A stretch of DNA of 64,000 nucleotides from assembly GCF_009914755.1 (NCBI RefSeq), contig NC_060929.1, one strand, 5' to 3'. A model generated the notes under the pieces. The model was given only the letters and a program-made list of their open reading frames with translations, made no database searches and had not been told where the DNA came from. Position numbers and translations under genes: made by a program. Source of the DNA: the human T2T-CHM13v2.0 reference genome, Homo sapiens. Below, one piece after another: positions 1 to 19,858 of the stretch (positions are counted from its first letter, which is position 1; each line of letters begins with the position of its first letter).

Positions 1-1
1 A

Positions 2-298
<297 letters not shown>

Positions 299-1144
299 AA
301 AATGTAGTTTACTTCTAAGAGAAGGGGTGACGGAGAGGGAAGGGAAGGAGAGAGGTTGGTGAGAGGGATAGGGTGCTCAGATCTTTAAAAACGAATTCAG
401 ACCTTGCCTGAGAGTGGAATGGGGAAAGGAGACAATTTCATGTTCCCCGGTAAGTGCCCAGAAGCAGTAGTTCAAGAAAAAAAGTTAGGTTTTGCCTTAA
501 ACACCCTCTGTAAGGCAAACCCAGGAAATTTTAGATCCATATGTAAACTTCTAGAAAAGGAATCTTACACAACATATAATGTCCTCCTCAACCATTTATC
601 TTTTACAAATGTGGAGACTGTCCCTTATCTCCACCCATTACAGATAGCCAAAGATGCTTGAAAACCACTATTTTATGAGGTTTTGGGGGCCTCAGGCAAA
701 TAAAATTCCTGCTGATCTAGGCTGATTCCCCAGGTATCCTGAGTTGGCATGCAGATCGGGCTCTAGGAGTTCTGGCTCGGAAAATCAGGACAAAGAACAC
801 ATTATAATGACTTCCAGCCTGGGATGGAGTCTACTGCATCATGCACGGTAAACTCCCATGATCTTCAAGGGCCTTTATTGCTGGTGTTTTGGGCTAAACA
901 TTACAGCAAGAACAACCATCATCAACACATAGGCTCTAATTTGTATTGTGTGAGCTTGTGTCTGTGTACACACATATACAACTATTGTTATTATATGATT
1001 AAGGCATTAGTACATCGAAGGTGGACTGTTCCAACATTTGGAGAGCCCACTTCCCTATGTTGTTTGGGAGAGTCACCATAGATTTCCAAGGGGCTGGAAC
1101 AAGTTACTTGAGCCACGGTCATTTACACAGACCTGAGGATGTCA

Positions 1145-1661
<517 letters not shown>

Positions 1662-2347
1662 TCAGGGTGGAGGGACGCAGTCAAGACCTTGTTTGAGTGG
1701 CTGCTTGAGTGACCTTGAGAGAATGAAAAGGACCTAAGACAGGCTGTGAAGTCACCAAGTTCAGGTTCAGCCTCTGCCACAAAATAGTTTTGTGTCCTTG
1801 GGCCCATCACTTACTCTCTCGGGACCTTAGTCTCCCCGTTTATAAAAAGATAGAGGTTGGTGATTGCTTGTTCCCTGCTGCTGCTGCTGCTGAATCATGT
1901 GAAGGCTCAGGTGTGGCCTTGATTTGGCTTCAGTCGTGACCCACCGCCAAGGCCCAGGAAGCCACTGCTGCAGGAAGTGTCCTGGACGTTAACACTGCTT
2001 TACAAGAAGTGCTGACCGCCCTCATGCATGATGGCCCAGCATAAGGATTTACAAAGCTGTCAGAGCCTTAGATGAGAGCCAAGCCCATCTCTGTGAGCCT
2101 GCATGATGAGCCCACCTCTGTCAAATCAGGGGAGGCCCTTTGTGCTGAACTCCAGGTCAATAGACTTAAGGGAGGGTGATGACAGAAGAAGCCAAGGGGA
2201 CAGGTAGGTGGTCCCTGTGAAATTGACAGAGAGGGAAGACCCTGTACAGCGGTCAGTTGTGTTGTGTCATAGTTAAGAACTGTGGCAAAGAATCTCAGGT
2301 GGAGGATGTTATTGAAGAGTACTTCAAATGCAGAAATGAACAAACAA

Positions 2348-2782
<435 letters not shown>

Positions 2783-4328
2783 TCAGGTCCAGTTTTGGGT
2801 CTTGTCCCACCACTTGGGGCTATCTCCTTCAAGTATCACCAATTTTTCACCAGGAATGAGATAGAGTAAGAGTCATGGTTGCTTGAATACAACCTAGTTT
2901 CTTCCTCTCATTTCCATGATACTGGAGTCAAAAACATAGAAATATCGGTTTCGTTGTGTGAATATTGTTGTGTTTCAGTTCACCAGTCACAGAAAATAAA
3001 TGGACATGGTTGCAGTTTGAACTACATCCCTGAGGTTTACTTATGTATTTAAAACATAAGTTTAGTTTTGCAGTCGAGTAAAAAAAGGAATACTTGGGCT
3101 AAGTTCAAAATTCACAAAAAGTACTTTTGGTTCACAGTATGGGTCAAACCCCTAGCTATTTATTCTTAGCTGTCTGTTTCAGAGAGAAGTTGAGAGAACA
3201 TCTTCCCCTTTACTAGAAAGGCCTATGAAAAATGAGTTACTTAATATTCCTCCTCTATTTTCCTCTGGGTAAAGGTGCATATTCCTAAATTTAGTAGAGT
3301 TTAAGTAGATCTTCCTCCCCTTTTCACATCCTTCCTGTTTTGTTCATGATCTGGGGGATTGGGGGAAGTATTTTTTTTAAGTAGTGTTGCTGTTTCTCTT
3401 TCTGCTTGAGCATTAAGGATAGATCCTATGTAGTAATTCCTGAGCATCCTGCCCTCAACAGACGACCAGTGATGAGGTTAATGAGGTGTTGGAAGATGGC
3501 AAAACCAATTCTAGTGTTAGGCTTTCCAGCTTTTTAATTAGGAGTCCTGATGAATGGCTTGCTTGTAAAATACTCTTTCACTGGGTGACACCCCCACCCA
3601 GACAGGAGAGATGAGGAAGCGCATGGTGAGATAAAACAGGGCAGTCAGTCCTCTGCTTTCTCCCAAGTTTGTCCAGCTCACATCCAGGGCCTGTAGCTGT
3701 CTGTAGCTGCCATAAATAATGTCCCAGGGCCTTCCAGAGGCTTCCAAAGGCCAGAGCTGCCAGTGCAGCGTGAATTATCACGGAAATATGAGATAGCTGG
3801 GAGCTTTCTCTCGGCATTTTTCTTCTGCAGACCGCTGGGCTGGATCCAGGGTCTCCCACAGTTTTTTGTGTGTGTTTGTTAGATGGAGCCTATATGGGCT
3901 GTTGTGGACCTGGGTACTTCCAGGTACTCACAGTCATGAAACCAGAAGGTTTTCAGGGGCTATCCTTATTAAACAACCCAGGAGGCTTGCACTTTGAGAA
4001 CATGCCAGTGTTGCACCTCAGAGGAAGGGTTCCGAGCACTGCCCTCATTGTGCCGTGATTGACGTGTGTTCCAGTATTTTCCAGGACTCTGTGGACATTA
4101 TCACTGGGACACAGCCACGTTTCTTTTTCTCAAGTGAAAGAAGTTTTGTCCAGGAAAGACGTCAAGGCTGAAAAGACAAACAGTGTGACTATATGTGGGT
4201 GGATGAGGTGCAGGGAAAGAATCTCTTCTAGGAATAGAAATATAAACCCTTTACTGTAATTTTACAAGTTGTATTTCCCCCCAGACTGATCTTTGGACAA
4301 TTTTAAGAGATTAAGAAACCCACAGATA

Positions 4329-4450
4329 CTATACTCAATATCTGGGTGACGGATTCATTTGTACTCCAAATGTCAGCATCATGCGATACACCTTTGTAAC
4401 ATGTCTGTACATGTACCCCTTGATTCTAAAATAAAAGTAGAAAAAAGAAA
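4329..4450 (+). mobile_element. L1 3' end fragment
   Basis: CTGGGTGAC...CATGTACCCCTTGATTCTAAAATAAAAG followed by an A-rich tail. Confidence 0.7.
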
Positions 4451-4527
4451 CAGGAAATCAGAGTTGTAAGAGCAGTGATAGCAATTGGTGCCATTTCTCC
4501 TTCTACCCCACTTTTAAAAAATAACTT

Positions 4528-4818
4528 GGCTGGGCACAGTGGCTCACGCCTCTAATCCCAGCACTTTGGGAGGCTGAGGGGGGCAGATCACCTGAGGTCA
4601 GGAGTTCGTGACCAGCCTGGCCAACATGGTGAAACCCCGTCTCTACTAAAAATACAAAAATTAGCCTGGCGTGGTGGCATGCACCTATAATCTCAGCTAC
4701 TTTGAGGCAGGAGAATTGCTCGAACCCAGGAGGTGGAGGTTGCAGTGAGCTGAGGTCGCGCCACTGCACTTCAGCCTGGGTGACAGTGCGAGACTCCATC
4801 TCAAAAAAGAAAAAAAAA
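4528..4818 (+). mobile_element. Alu (AluSx-type)
   Basis: Alu dimer with a short right-arm deletion. Confidence 0.95.
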
Positions 4819-4839
4819 CTTGATTTTTAAAAAATTTGG

Positions 4840-6070
<1,231 letters not shown>

Positions 6071-6074
6071 TAAA

Positions 6075-6473
6075 TTTTTTTTTTTTTTTGAGATAGGATG
6101 TCACTCTGTCGCCCCAGCTAGAGTGCAGTGGCATGATCTCAGTTCACTGCAGCCTCAACCTCCCCAGCTGAAGTGATTCTTTCACCTTAGCCTCCAGAGT
6201 ACAGGCACACACCACCACACTTGGCAAATTTTTTTTTTTGATATTTTTTTTTTAGAAATGGGTTTTCACCATGTTGCCTAGGCTGGTCTTGAATTCCTGG
6301 GCTCAAGTGATCCACCCGCCCCGGCTTCCCAAAATGCTGGGATTACAGGTGTAAGCCACTGTGCCTGGACTCTTTTTTTTTTTTTTTTTTTTTGAGACAG
6401 GGTCTGGCTCTGTCACCCACGCTGTAGTGCAGTAATATGATCTTGGCTCACTGCACCCTCAGCTTCCTGGGCT
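6075..6473 (-). mobile_element. AluJ-type element plus an adjacent Alu fragment
   Basis: Diverged Alu at 6075-6370 and a partial arm at 6373-6473. Confidence 0.88.
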
Positions 6474-8109
6474 TACCTGCTTTTGATTCTTTTGCCACTC
6501 CTACTTTTTAATTTAAATTGGCAGGAGAAGGAAGATTTTAGTTCTAAGAATCTGATACTTTGTATGAATCTAGTAATTGTTCTTTGTATTTCGTAAGCTT
6601 AAAGGATTTTAGGAATTCTACCAGCTTTTTTGCCATTAATGTCTCTTGTGTCCTGAGAGGATGAAGATGGTAGTCAGAATTTGGTTATGGGAAAAGGGGA
6701 CTCGTGGAAGTGGCCCAGGGCCCATTGGGGGAGCCAGCCTCTGTTTGCGTGCCCTGGCTCAGGTTGTGGTGTAATCGTTTGCTTGGGTCTGGAAGTAGTC
6801 TTTGATAGCATCTCATGTGATTGACTTTGTCTGGCCCTTGCTTCATTTCTCCACAGGGTTTGCGAGGCCATTAGAAGACTTAAGGAGATAGGGGCCAAAA
6901 GTACCATGTGGGAAGAAGCTTTCACACTCTGCAGGATCTGCTTTTATTTGTAAGATGTGTCTGAACCTACCCAGACTTAGAGCTCAGCTAATTCCGCACT
7001 CATTTAGATTGATTGGTAGTAGGGCCAGTCTGAACTGTAAAATGTTTGAGAAATAGATTATGATTACCTTCAAGGATGCACCTTTGTGACAAAGAACTTA
7101 ATAGGCTTTCTTTAATTAAGAGATAGCTATAATTTATATTTAAGTAGCTTCATTTGTATACGGTAGGGGCTAAAGTCATTAAAAAGCAATGGTATTTTTA
7201 AGTAGTGCAGTTTCTCTTCCAATGTTGCTAGTTGGCCTATTAAATTTCCCCTGATAAACATTGTAAAGATAGGAGTTCAGTCTAGCCTTTCTTATCATGA
7301 ATTGCCACCCCATAGAGACTAAAAAGTATAAGGTTATCGCTCTGTACAGCTAGGATTGCCCTCTTTGTTGACTGGATATGTAGCAGAGTTTTGTTGTTTT
7401 TTTTGCGTGCATAAGCATTCTTTTGACCCTAGAGTGTAACAAACCCTCCCCTTTACCAGTCCTCTGCTGTAGCCTTCCGCCAAGCCTAATATTCTCACCC
7501 CAAGAGATTCTTTTGGCTTAAAACCCTTCTTTCCAGGAAGTTGTTAAATCTAACAGAGAAAGAGAGAGAGAGAACCAGACTCCGTATATACATTGTTAAG
7601 TGTCAGAGAGTTCTAGGAGGGGTGTGTGTGTGGTGTGGGGGGGTGGGAGGGATGAGTGTGTATGTGTGTGTGTGTCTATGTATGTTTCTGTTTTCTTTTG
7701 AATGGATGAAAGGACTGTAAATCTATTCTGGATCACCTGGATGATCACTCGGGGACTGTTGACCACACTCTTTCAGTTCCCAAGTTTGCATGGAAGTTGA
7801 TGCTCACACAGGGACCAAGGGAAGGCTAATACTACCCCATCCCAAGGTATACTGAAGAGAAGACAGAGTGGGAAAACTAAGTCATCAATGGCCCACACTA
7901 ACTAAGGCATTCCACACTCAAAAAAGCCTGGTAGTTGATACCTTATTCATTGCTGGTGAAGGTGAACACAGAGCCAGCTTTGTAGGTCCTAAGTTCATTA
8001 GGATTTTTTCCTTGAATAATCTTTTGGTATTACATTTTGGGGTCTCATTAAATTGATTAACCTTTCAAAATAATGGAACAGAGGTTAACATGGGTTTACC
8101 ATTAAAAAG

Positions 8110-8360
8110 GAGTAATTACAACAATGATAATAATAACTTATGAAGCCCTTTGTGTGTCCTGGGCACAGGGCTAAATGCTTTCCTTGTATTGTTGCATTGA
8201 ATCTTCACAACTTCCCCATGAGTAAGCATTCTTACCATATCCACTTTACAGGAAAGCAGATAGAAACTAAGAGTTTCAGTCGCTTACCCGAATCACACAG
8301 TGGGATTTAAACCCAGGCAGTCTGACTCCAGACCCATCATTCTAAGCCACTGTGCTGGCC
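8110..8360 (-). mobile_element. MIR
   Basis: MIR core similarity (ATCTTCACAAC...CCACTTTACAG...AAACTAAGA...CCCAGGCAGTCTGACTCCAGA). Confidence 0.7.
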
Positions 8361-9019
8361 TCCCACAGTGAAACAGAAAGCATAAAACTATATTGCAGGA
8401 TTCTAGATTCTAACAATCTGGTATTTTGTCTGTGGAAACAGCTCAAGTGTCCATCAACAGATAAATGGATGGTGCATTCTGTCACATTTATGTCAATGTT
8501 TTGGATTTTATTGGCACCGTAACTTTGTTTTTAATTTATAAATAAATCACATATATATTTACACATTTGTTTGGGTTTAATAGTTGTTTACTATTAAACA
8601 ACTTTATAGTTTAAAGAACTATAAGCATATGAGGTTTATACCTAGTTTTATATATTTGTGCATATTTTAGTAATATTATAATAAAAGTGGCTTAGGTCAA
8701 CACTGGCAGGCCACAGTAGTATGTCATTAACACCCTGAACACATTAACACTGTTTACTTTAAATAAAATCCCTTAATAGCCTAAGAGACTGAACCTATTT
8801 TGATGGCTGAGAATGAAGAGGTCATGAGAAGGTTCAAAACAGAAGTTCAGAAGTGGATCTGCAGTTGGTTACGAGGCACCAGACGGGCGGGTTGATGGTT
8901 ATTTTCTCTCAGCTTTTTGAAGACCAGATTCTGCTCTCTCCTGGCCACTGTCGTCGTGTTGAGAAGTCTGCTGCCACTGTAAATGCCACTGTGGAGGACA
9001 TCATTCTTTCCTCCAGCTA

Positions 9020-9312
9020 TTTTTTTTTTTTTTTTTTTGAGACAGAGTTTCACTCTTGTTGCCCAGGCTGGAGTGCAAAGGCGTGATCTCAGCTCATCGC
9101 AACCTCCGCCTCCTAGGTTCAAGCGATTCTCCTGCCTCAGCCTCCCTGGGATTACAGGCATACTCCACCACGCCCCACTAATTTTGTATTTTTAGTAGAG
9201 ACGGGGTGTCACCATGTTGGTCAGGGTGGTCTCGATCTCCCGATCTCAGGTGATCTGCCTGCCTTGGCCTCCCAAGGTGCTGGGATTACAGGTGTAAGCC
9301 ACCACTCCTGGG
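9020..9312 (-). mobile_element. Alu (AluSp-like)
   Basis: GAGTTTCACTCTTGTTGCCCAGG and ATGTTGGTCAGG. Confidence 0.9.
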
Positions 9313-9665
9313 TCTTCGAGCTATTTTTAAGATATTCTCTGTAGCATTCTTCATGCTCACAAAGGTATTCCTAAATGTGGATATGGTTTTATTTGTACTG
9401 AAGGGGACTCCATGTTTTTCCTGAACCTCAGGATTCTTGTGTTTCCTCAAAACTGGAAAATCATTGGTGATAATCTCTCCACACACCATCTCACCACATT
9501 TCCACGCTTCTGTCCTACAGGAACTCCTCCTCTCATTCTATTTTTCATGCCTCTGCCCTGCTCATTTATCTCACCACATGGCATTCTGGTTAATTTCTGC
9601 AAATCTATTTTTCTGTTTTCTGTATTCTCTTCAGATGTGTTCAATATATTTAACCCATACATTAG

Positions 9666-9940
<275 letters not shown>

Positions 9941-10109
9941 ACATAAGGATTTTTTTAATGGAGGGGGGACGTTTATGTCATCATTTACTTTTTAAAACAA
10001 CTTTATCGAGATTGAATTTATGTACAATAATGCATACCTATTTATATTTATTAATATTTATTTTAAGTTCAAAATCATCACATTTATTGCTCCTTTAATT
10101 TCCCAAGTT

Positions 10110-10585
10110 TTCTTTTTTTAACTTTTATTTTAGGTTTGAGGGTACCTGTGAAGGTTTGTTACATAGGTAAACTCGTGTCATGGGGGTTTGTTGTACAGAT
10201 TATTTCATCACCCAGGTATTAAGCCTCGTACCCAATAAGTATTGTTTCTGTTCCTCTCCTTCCTTCCATCCTCAAGTAAACCTCAGTGTCTGTTGTTTCT
10301 TCCTTTATAAGTTCTCATCATTTAGCTCCCACTTACAAGTGAGAATGTGGTATTTGGCTTTCTGTTCCTGTGTTAGTTTGCTGAGGATAATGGCCTCCAG
10401 CTCCATCCATGTTCCCACAAAAGACTGGTCTCATTCTTTCTTATGGCTGCATAAAAAAGTACATGTGGTACATATACACCATGGAATACATGGTGTATTC
10501 CATGGTGTATATGTACCACATGTTCTTTAGTTTGTCATTGATGGACATTTAGTTTGATTTCATGTCTTTGCTATTGTTAATAGGA
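10110..10585 (-). mobile_element. L1P (L1PA/PB) 3' end
   Basis: GGTTTGTTACATAGGTAAAC...TTTAGCTCCCACTTACAAGTGAGAA...GGCCTCCAGCTCCATCCATGT. Confidence 0.88.
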
Positions 10586-10589
10586 GCAC

Positions 10590-12840
<2,251 letters not shown>

Positions 12841-13414
12841 ATCGGGGTGCAGTAAACATGGAAACATCAAGCATCTTGATTTAGGGCTTTAGATCTACAG
12901 AGAGGCTTTTCTTTGCTGTCACCTGGTGTTCCAGGAATATCGCGGACCTCTTTCTTATGTTTATTTCTAAGGCTAAGGGTTCCTAGACCAAGCAGGTATA
13001 ACTTTGTAACCCAAATCGTCTTGAGGACAGGCTCATGATTATAAAGTCTTGGAGAACTTTCTTCTTCATGGCACAGGGTTGAAGAGAGCCACATCCTCAG
13101 GCCAATGAATAGGCTATTTTTTTTGATCCATCCCTTCTCTGACTAGAGTGTAGTTCTTCAAAACTCCTGGTTAGGAGATGTCTCAATTGTGGTTCCTGCC
13201 TACCTTCAGCTCAAGACCTTGTTTCCTACCTGTTCCTGCTTCCTGAGGAGTGTAAAAAACTCATCTACTTGACTAATGAACCCCCAATACTGCCCACTTA
13301 CTGCTATGATTTTTTAATTTTCCTTTTTGATTTGACTCTCTACTTTGGGAATTTTAAAACAGAAGTAAAAAGAATAGTGTAATAAACACTCATACGCCCA
13401 CTGCTTAACAACTT

Positions 13415-14036
<622 letters not shown>

Positions 14037-14229
14037 TACAAATTAATAATAATTCCCTAATATCCTTCAATAAATCCTTAATAATTTTTAAATATCATTT
14101 AATGCCCATTTCATATTCACATTCCTCCAATTTTTTCAAAATTGTCTTTCATAGTTGTATTTTGCAAATCAAGTTCCAGTCAAAGACTAAGCATTTATTT
14201 AATTATTACGTCTTTTAATTCTTCCTTAA

Positions 14230-15900
<1,671 letters not shown>

Positions 15901-15936
15901 TTTTAAAATAAAAAATTTAAAATTCATTAATTTCAG

Positions 15937-16258
<322 letters not shown>

Positions 16259-16370
16259 TAGTAATTTACTGTGGCACACATCACCATGCAGTATAACATC
16301 ATCATGTTGGTGAAGTTCTAAGTCACCATCACCTTCTTCAGTGCAGGATAGTCTACCTCCTAAATTTTCA

Positions 16371-16569
16371 TTGTTCAGTACAGTAGCCACTAGCCATGCA
16401 TTGCTATTTCAATTTAAATTAATTAAATTTACATAAAATTCAAATTTTAATTCTTCAGTCACACAATTCACATTTCCAAGTGCTCAAGAGTCACATGTGG
16501 CTAATGACTACCATACTGCACAGCACAGATATCATTTCCATCATTATAGAAAATTCTGTGGACAGCACT
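16371..16569 (-). mobile_element. MER3-like hAT-Charlie DNA transposon
   Basis: GTAGCCACTAGCCA...AAGTGCTCAA...CACATGTGGCTA...TTTCCATCAT...GGACAGC. Confidence 0.75.
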
Positions 16570-16624
16570 ACCCTAAATTGTTCTCAGATTCATCCCTTAT
16601 TCCCAGCATGCTGCCATTCTCTCT

Positions 16625-16890
16625 GATGCAGTATGGAGTAGTGATGGAAGATGTGGACCCCGGAGTCAGAATACATGATCTCAAGTATGGGTGTCATCAC
16701 TTACTTGCTGTGTGAGTTTGGGTATATCATATATCCTCTTGGTGCTTCAGTTTCCCCATCTATAAGATGAAGATATAAACAGCATCATCACCTCCTGAGG
16801 GTTGTAAGGGTAGACTGTGATAATGCATTTATATGAAGTGCTTAGCACCATGCCTGGCCCATGGGAAACACCCAGTAAAGGTTGCCTGCT
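16625..16890 (+). mobile_element. MIR
   Basis: CTTCAGTTTCCCCATCTATAA...AAGTGCTTAGCACCATGCCTGGC. Confidence 0.8.
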
Positions 16891-16959
16891 GCAATTACTC
16901 TTCCTCCTCTTCCTCCGCCTCCTCCTCCTCCTCTCCAACCCCCCATATCCTGTCAGCCA

Positions 16960-17415
16960 CTTCTGAGCTCTCATGCAGCCCTGAAGGACAGTTCCCAATC
17001 AAACTCAAAGCTTCCCACCTCAAAGCCCACCTGTCTGTCTTTCTCTCCCCAAGGACTTCCTTGAGTGCTCCAGGAGCTTGTCATTCCAGAGACAGAGCAG
17101 CCCAGAAGTCCTGGGATTTACACCTCTAGTAGAAACCCTCAACCAGAGAAGGATGGAAGTCAATGGGTAAGTACCCCAGCTTCCCTTTTTGGGCAATTCT
17201 TAGGTGTTTCATCCATAATTCCTCAGAGTGCCCCCACTGGAATTAAGGCCAGTTTTCTACAGCAGTGACCTGCTCAGGGATATGCCTTTTGTTGGCCCTT
17301 CTCCCTTCCATGTCTGACTTTCTCCTCCCTCAACTTGTACTTCTTGGGCTTTCCTCTCAACCTGCACCCAAGTCATGGTCTCAGGGTCTGTTTTTGGGGG
17401 ACCCACGCCAAGACT
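16960..17415 (+). mobile_element. ERVL-type solo LTR (LTR16/LTR33-like)
   Basis: 3' end TCTCAGGGTCTGTTTTTGGGGGACCCACGCCAAGAC resembles LTR16-group termini. Confidence 0.55.
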
Positions 17416-17459
17416 ATTATTATCATCGTCATTGTCATCATCATCATTGTCAATTCATT

Positions 17460-17775
17460 TTCTTTCTTTCTTTTTTTTTTTTTTTTTTTTTTTGAGACAG
17501 AGTCTTGTTCTTTTGCCCAGGCTGGAGTGCAGTGGCGTGATCTCAGCTCACTGCAACCTCTGCCTCCTGGGTTCAAGTGATTCTCATGCCTCAGCCTCCT
17601 GAGTAGCTGGGATTACAGGCATATGCCACCACGCCCAGATAATTTTTGTATTTTTGGTAGAGATGGGGTTTCACCGTGTTGGCCAGGCTGGTCTCAAACT
17701 TCTGGCCTCAAGTGATTCTCCTGCCTCGGCCTCCCAAAGTGCTGGGATTACAGGCGTGAGTCACTGCACCCGGCC
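17460..17775 (-). mobile_element. Alu (AluSx/Sz-type)
   Basis: Reverse Alu dimer. Confidence 0.94.
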
Positions 17776-18848
17776 AATTTATTTTCTCCTTTTCTCAACA
17801 CCAAGCTCCTGCAGGAGCCTCCTGGCTGATTTTCCCATCTTCTTTTCCATACTACAGCTAGAGCTATCTCAGTTTCATCAAAATGTCAAGTTATGACTTA
17901 CCTGCTTAAAATCTCCACTGGTTCCTTCTTGCCTAAAGGCAGAGTGGAAGCTTAGTCCTGCAATAAAGAACCTTCCCAAATTCCCCAGATTTGTGAAGTA
18001 AGTTTCCTACTTTACAGGCTTCACCTCTGGCAAGTTGTGCTGCTCAACATCCTTTAAACCTGGTGTTCTTGTGCTTGTGCCCAAACCCGTGCTGTCTCCT
18101 CTGACTGGAGTCATAATAATAGCAGTAATAGTAGATACTCATGGACCACTTTCCCTGTGCCTCACAGTGTTTCTGTGCAATCTGCATGTCTTAGTTCACT
18201 GAATCCTCCTGCCAACTGTGTGAAGAAGCTTATGCTATTCTCTCTGTATTAGAGATAGGGAGACCAAGTCTTAGGGAAATCACAAATACAGTATTGGCAT
18301 CAGAGGACTCCAGAGCTTGTGCCCTCTACTTGGCAGGAAAGTGACATCACACACACAGTTAACTCACAGGAAAGAAACTTACTCAGGAGAGAGAAAAGAA
18401 AAAGTCACAGTTAATAGTATGGGTGATCTGCTCATCCTTCTACTCCTTGCATTTGTGCTCCGGGCAGTGAGAGGGGAGGTGGGAGTCTGCTGTTACCCCA
18501 GTTTTCTGGGCCTCTCATACCAGGAGCACTTCTTGGCCAAGGGTGATTATGGTGCTTAATTATTCACTATATTCATAGGATGTAGCCCCCAAACACATGT
18601 CAGTGACTTCCTCTGGTGCTCAGCTGAAGAAGCAGTGATCTGTAATCTGTTTCCATGTGGGAGAAAGGAACGGCCATGTTGGATTTGCCCAAGGATGGTA
18701 CATGCATTTCCCTGCAGGCTTGTCGGGGGTGACTTTGACCACTTGTGGCTCCCTTTCATGCGTGACTCTCTGGTATCTAATCCACGAGTGAGGTGAGACT
18801 CCATGGTCCTGCTTCCCTTTCCTACTTCCCCACCTGGTAGACACCTGC

Positions 18849-19203
18849 TGTCTTAGTCTGTCTAGGCTGCTGTAAAAAAAGAAAACCCACAGACTGAATA
18901 GCTTGTAAACAACAGAAATTTATTGTTCACGATTCTGGAAGCTGGGAAGCTCGAGATCAAGGCACCGGCAGATTTGGTGTCTGGCAAGGGCCCACTTTCT
19001 GGTTCGTAGAAAGCGGTTCATGGCTCCTTTTGGCTATGTCCTCACAGTGGAAGAGACAAGGCAGTTCCATCAGGCCTCTTTTATAAGGGCACTAATTCCA
19101 TTGACCAATCACCTCCCAAAGGTCCCACCTCCCACCACTATCACTCTGGTGATTTGGTTTCAACACATGAATTTTGGGGACATGCAGACATACAAACCAT
19201 AGT
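18849..19203 (-). mobile_element. MaLR solo LTR (MST/MLT1A-like)
   Basis: TGTCTTAGTC...AACAGAAATTTATT...AAGGCACCGGCAGATTTGGTGTCTGG...TTTCAACACATGAATTTTGGGG...AAACCATAG. Confidence 0.85.
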
Positions 19204-19523
19204 GCCTGCTTGTCTCTTCTGATAGAACTGAAACGTTACTCATCTGGGAAGTCTTCCCTAACTCCCCTGGGAAGAATTTTTCCTCCTACCTGTGTTCTGG
19301 TAGCATCCAGTCCATGTTCCTCTTAGTGCTCTCCTGTTACATTCTAATGATTTGTTCGTATATCACATTCTCCAGCCAAGTTGTGAGTGTGAAGCTCTCA
19401 ATAGTGTCGGTTTTTTGTTCTCTGGATTCTTTGGTGTCTATTACAATCCCTTCTTCCATACCAGGAATTCAGAAACTACTTTATTGTTTGGTTGTCAGGA
19501 AGGCGGATCTCCATGCCTTTTAA

Positions 19524-19858
<335 letters not shown>

